DNA of 44,317 nucleotides, filler included, from Candidatus Sysuiplasma jiujiangense (GTDB lineage: Archaea; Thermoplasmatota; Thermoplasmata; Sysuiplasmatales; Sysuiplasmataceae): NCBI GenBank assembly GCA_019721075.1. It is 12 parts of 12 records of this genome, joined end to end, with 100 filler letters (N's around TTAATTAATTAA, not from the genome) between each part and the next. Parts side by side here need not be neighbours in the genome. Positions count along the whole stretch, not along the records: positions 40,114 to 42,250 come from JAHEAD010000055.1; positions 42,351 to 44,317 come from JAHEAD010000009.1; 10 more parts are not named here. One strand, written 5' to 3'. Below are positions 40,867 to 44,317 of this stretch, in pieces. Position 1 is the first letter of the stretch; each line of letters starts with the position of its first letter. The position numbers and the translations under genes are program-made. The notes beneath the pieces are model-generated. The model was not told the origin of the DNA and made no database searches. It worked only from the letters and a program-made list of their open reading frames with translations.

Positions 40867-41385
40867 TTAATCCTCCTTCTCTGTTAAAGAACATTTCAGC
40901 CATTCATGCTCTCCCTCTCTCTGGATGATACGTTGCACAAGTGGTGTATTTCTTATAGACATCCAAAAATCAATCAATGGCTTCATTACGTTGTCATAAT
41001 ACCTTCTAACATAGAACGAACGCCAATCTTCAAGTTGCTTACGGAAATCGGGATCGCTGGTGGTGCTTGGGATATCTGCTGCAACAGTTTCTATCCATTT
41101 CTTGCCATTCAGGAAATTCAGCGAACCCTGATAATTTGACAACCATACGGAAATTATTAAAATTTCAAGAACATCACGTGGTTCAGCAGGTATTTCAACT
41201 CGATCATCACTTACCATGTCTGCGCACACAACATGAAGCCTAAAAAAAGACCTGCCTGGAATAACACGCTTTCCTCGTTTAGTTTCCATCCAGTCATCCT
41301 CGTCCGCAACATCGATGTATTCATCGCCTTTCCAGATAGGCAAGCCACACGCCTCACATTTTCCTTTATCTTTTCTTGCTTTCAT
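40867..41385 (-). CDS. Zn-binding viral protein (172 aa)
   Basis: KARKDKGKCEACGLPIWKGDEY...HVVC. Confidence 0.65.
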   Translation of the reverse strand: MKARKDKGKCEACGLPIWKGDEYIDVADEDDWMETKRGKRVIPGRSFFRLHVVCADMVSDDRVEIPAEPRDVLEILIISVWLSNYQGSLNFLNGKKWIETVAADIPSTTSDPDFRKQLEDWRSFYVRRYYDNVMKPLIDFWMSIRNTPLVQRIIQREGEHEWLKCSLTEKED

Positions 41386-41639
41386 TTTATTGCCTCTTTT
41401 AATTCTTTGTCACCAACCATATCATAAAACTCGGAGAGAAAAAATACAAACAGCATACCCAAGATTACGACGGTGCCTTGGATGAATATGTTATGCAGAA
41501 GGCCATTAACCAGATCATGAAGCTGGAATTGCAGCACTATGACATACCAAATGAAGATCATGAGAATGCCGAGTACTGGGATAAGATAAACTAATTCCGT
41601 CGTGGTTTTACTCAACTTGAATGTAAAATGATCTTTCAT
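41382..41639 (-). CDS. Small two-TM protein (85 aa)
   Basis: ATGA coupling; hydrophobic spans. Confidence 0.65.
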   Translation of the reverse strand: MKDHFTFKLSKTTTELVYLIPVLGILMIFIWYVIVLQFQLHDLVNGLLHNIFIQGTVVILGMLFVFFLSEFYDMVGDKELKEAIK

Positions 41640-42040
41640 TGCCTCACCCTTCCCTTGTTCAGTTCCTTGAGAATGCCAAGCTCGTATCCTGCAAAAATAT
41701 CCAGGAAAAGAGAGGCCCAGATGAAAACGAAGCCAGTCTCGGTGTACCTTAAGGCCACGCTAATCACCAGGAACATTATTGAAACATAGAGGGCTGTAGC
41801 TCCAATGTCATGGCGATTAATCATTATTTTCGTTTTAGGGTGCTCCTCTGCGTGGCCTTCTTCAACAATGGAATAAGTCTGGTCGAATATGTCTCTCCTG
41901 CATGCGTATTTTTCTCCCTTGATCCCGGTTATAATGGCATCTCCTTTTTTGTATGACATTATTCCTTCAAGAGTTTCTATTTCTCCGTCCTCTACTGCAA
42001 ACTCATAATCTACAGGAATGGGTTTTTTCATTGCTTTCAT
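41636..42040 (-). CDS. PGDYG-like phage domain fused to two TM (134 aa)
   Basis: KKPIPV...IETLEG.M...GDAIITG.KGE.Y.C..DIF..TY. Confidence 0.7.
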   Translation of the reverse strand: MKAMKKPIPVDYEFAVEDGEIETLEGIMSYKKGDAIITGIKGEKYACRRDIFDQTYSIVEEGHAEEHPKTKIMINRHDIGATALYVSIMFLVISVALRYTETGFVFIWASLFLDIFAGYELGILKELNKGRVRQ

Positions 42041-42240
42041 CCTGTTACCTCCCTTAGTGCTGCATCCTTAGCATTGAGATGCTTCCGGTATCTTATCAAA
42101 AAGTCTATGCCGATAACAAAGGCCATCGTAATTACGATCTTACCATACACAACCAAGGCGGCCTGGTTTGTCCATTCCATATACAGAGATACTGGCTGGC
42201 CAAGCATGACGTAATACATCAGATCTCCAGCTCCATTCAT
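42037..42240 (-). CDS. Small membrane protein (possibly 5'-partial)
   Basis: One TM and a basic tail; coupled to the next gene. Confidence 0.5.
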   Translation of the reverse strand: MNGAGDLMYYVMLGQPVSLYMEWTNQAALVVYGKIVITMAFVIGIDFLIRYRKHLNAKDAALREVTG

Positions 42241-42350
42241 GATAAGCGTANNNNNNNNNNNNNNNNNNNNNNNNNNNNNNNNNNNNNNNNNNNNTTAATT
42301 AATTAANNNNNNNNNNNNNNNNNNNNNNNNNNNNNNNNNNNNNNNNNNNN

Positions 42351-43001
42351 AGAGGAAAGAACTACGAGCGGACCCACAGGCTGTCTGTACCTTCTGTTCC
42401 TCATCTTTCCCTTTCCAGCCCGGACATGCCTTCCGTTCCTGACCCTTACAATATCGTCAACCACTCCGAGGGAACCCAGCAGCTGTTCAAATTCCGCCAC
42501 CTTGCTGAGCTCCTCGATACTGTCTTCCAACACAACAGGCAGTGAAAGCTCCTCGGAAAACCTGTGTCCTCTGGAACGGACGATTTCGGCATTCGCGGTT
42601 GCCGCAAGGGCTGACATGCGGGCAAGCCTTCTTTCCTTCGCGTTTACCTTCATTGACCAGTCTTTCCATGGCCTTGGCGGATGTGCCCTCCTGCCACCGA
42701 CGTTGTTTGGAGACTCTGCGGCAGTGGACTGTCCCTTGATGCGCTGGACCCTTGCCACGCCCCTGCCCTTTCCCCAGGTCTCCACGGAATGGTGCATTCC
42801 TGCCCTGAATTTCGGTCCGTACGGCTGCCTCCTGTTTGATGCGGCTGCCGCGACATCCTTCCTTATTATGTCTGGCCTGTAAGATGTGGAAAAGCAGACA
42901 GGCAGCTGCACCTGGTCGGCCGCCTTTCCGCCAGGTGAATACACGAAGACGTGTCCTTCCCTGAGTGCGGTGACCTGCTCCTCAAGTTTCTTTTCAGCCA
43001 T
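42351..43001 (-). CDS. rpl4: 50S ribosomal protein L4 (3'-partial)
   Basis: RPDIIR, ETWGKGRGVARVQR, GGRRAHPP, RAGKGKMRNRRY motifs. Confidence 0.97.
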
Positions 43002-43007
43002 ATTCCA

Positions 43008-44009
43008 TCATGCCCCCTGCTTGGATTCTGTCGATATGTAAGTGAGCGACGGCGCTTCCTTGACCTTTGTGAGTCTCGGCCGTACTGTATCTCTCAGCCG
43101 TATCAGCCTCTTTGCCGGGCCCGGAATACTTCCATGCAGCAGGAGGTACGACCCTGAGACTTTTCCATAATTGAGGAAACCGCCCTTCGGTGTTATCTCC
43201 TCGCCATTGTCCCCTATTTTCAGTACACGCTTGTTGAGTTCGGTTCTCTGATGGTATCCCATCTGGCCCGACTGCGGGACGGTCGGCCAAATATAACCGG
43301 GCCTCTTGGGACCGAGTGTGCCTATCATTCTGGTGTGCTTGCTGTTCTTGTGGGACAGCAGCTTCACACCCCATCTCTTTACCGCACCCTGAAAGCCCTT
43401 TCCTTTCGTAACGGCAATAACATCCACAACATCCCCGTCCTTGAGATAATCCCTGACATTGAGGTCCTTTCCAAGAACGGAAAGACCGTATTCCAGTCTT
43501 TCGGCAAAAGAGCCGCCGCCTATCCTGATTTCCATGAGTTCCGGCTTCTTCTTCGGGACACCGGTTACAAACGAGGGCTGTGTATGCACTATGATATTTA
43601 CCTCTTCGCCTTCGATCTTCTTGAAATTCTCAACTTCCTGAGCAAAATTTCTGTTCTTTTTTATTTCATAAAGCCTGGACAGTTCCCTGTCAGGTTTTTC
43701 AGACCACAGTTCACCGGCCGTCTGGAGGCCGTTGCCACCGCGGCTGTATATCCTCACAGCGGCGATACGCAATGGCGGCGTCTCGACGACCGTCACCGGA
43801 ACCTGGACTTCCTGGCCGGCTGTTGTCGAAGAGGCCCTGTAATCAACAAGTATAGCATGCGTCATTCCTGCCTTGTAGCCCGCAAAACCCTGAATTCTCG
43901 GTCCTCCGGCTGCCTCGGGCCATGAATCCAGTTTCGGCACCTCCCGTTTGGCCCTCTTTCTCGGCGAGTAGCCCATTGAGCCTCGTCTTGGTCTCCTTCT
44001 GTTTGGCAT
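43008..44009 (-). CDS. rpl3: 50S ribosomal protein L3
   Basis: PRRGSMGYSPRKR, GYKAGMTH, TKGKGFQG.VKRWG, GQMGYHQRTE motifs. Confidence 0.98.
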   Translation of the reverse strand: MPNRRRPRRGSMGYSPRKRAKREVPKLDSWPEAAGGPRIQGFAGYKAGMTHAILVDYRASSTTAGQEVQVPVTVVETPPLRIAAVRIYSRGGNGLQTAGELWSEKPDRELSRLYEIKKNRNFAQEVENFKKIEGEEVNIIVHTQPSFVTGVPKKKPELMEIRIGGGSFAERLEYGLSVLGKDLNVRDYLKDGDVVDVIAVTKGKGFQGAVKRWGVKLLSHKNSKHTRMIGTLGPKRPGYIWPTVPQSGQMGYHQRTELNKRVLKIGDNGEEITPKGGFLNYGKVSGSYLLLHGSIPGPAKRLIRLRDTVRPRLTKVKEAPSLTYISTESKQGA

Positions 44010-44196
44010 TAACTAACACCTTCACAGCGCCGCCTGTCACAGGTACGGCGTCTACTTCGAATGGTCCCTTGCGACTCAGGCAACCGTGGCGCCTCCGATT
44101 CCGTAAGAAAGCATCAGACGGAATCTTGTCGGGATGCGGTGCATTGCCCAAATGCGTCTGGTCACCCTGAAGGGTAGAATTGCTAAACGGTAGTTG

Positions 44197-44204
44197 TATT
44201 TAAA
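44197..44204 (-). promoter_or_regulatory. TATA box of the rpl3 operon
   Basis: TTTAAATA on the minus strand, ~190 nt above the rpl3 ATG. Confidence 0.55.
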
Positions 44205-44218
44205 GATAAGCTGAATGA

Positions 44219-44317
44219 CTATGGCGGCCATAAAGGGTTAGGAAAATAAGCGTTTTTGATTCGATTTTTGAATTGCCAGTGTGCTCGGACCGAAGAGTCT
44301 AAATAGTTAGTAGTATA
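44219..44317. mobile_element. Opposite end of the same IS type (IR 44219-44242)
   Basis: CTATGGCGGCCATAAAGGGTTAGG; the contig ends exactly 99 nt into it. Confidence 0.65.

Overview
The window is not one locus. It is 12 contigs joined by artificial 100-nt spacers (N-run, TTAATTAATTAA, N-run), apparently from a Thermoplasmata-like archaeal bin. Three contigs are chromosomal: (i) lhr, toprim, rnz, dcd and an NCS1 permease (14272-18576); (ii) an mmsA-type dehydrogenase plus a broken APC permease (34411-37746); (iii) rpl3-rpl4 (42351-44317). The latter two both end inside the termini of what looks like one IS element. Eight contigs look like fragments of at least two related larger archaeal viruses or integrative elements. 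They carry huge membrane-anchored PKD, DUF2341-like and beta-helix glycoproteins, small membrane proteins, RHH/wHTH regulators, a tyrosine recombinase, a PAPS-reductase-family protein and an ssDNA-annealing protein. Four observations stand out. (1) Contig 9837-14171 is a complete 4,244-bp circle with an IS91/SNJ1-type HUH Rep, an Arg-rich membrane protein and a small beta-rich, possibly single-jelly-roll capsid protein, so it is a candidate minimal archaeal virus. (2) A 1061-aa adhesin gene is flanked by 100-bp structured direct repeats, about 0.5 kb from a tyrosine recombinase, and a homologous locus on another contig lacks this cassette. (3) These loci share a ~190-nt structured leader with compensatory stem changes, downstream of a wHTH gene. 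(4) One gene has a candidate -1 frameshift at A_AAA_AAC. All family calls come from motif recognition by eye; no database searches were run.
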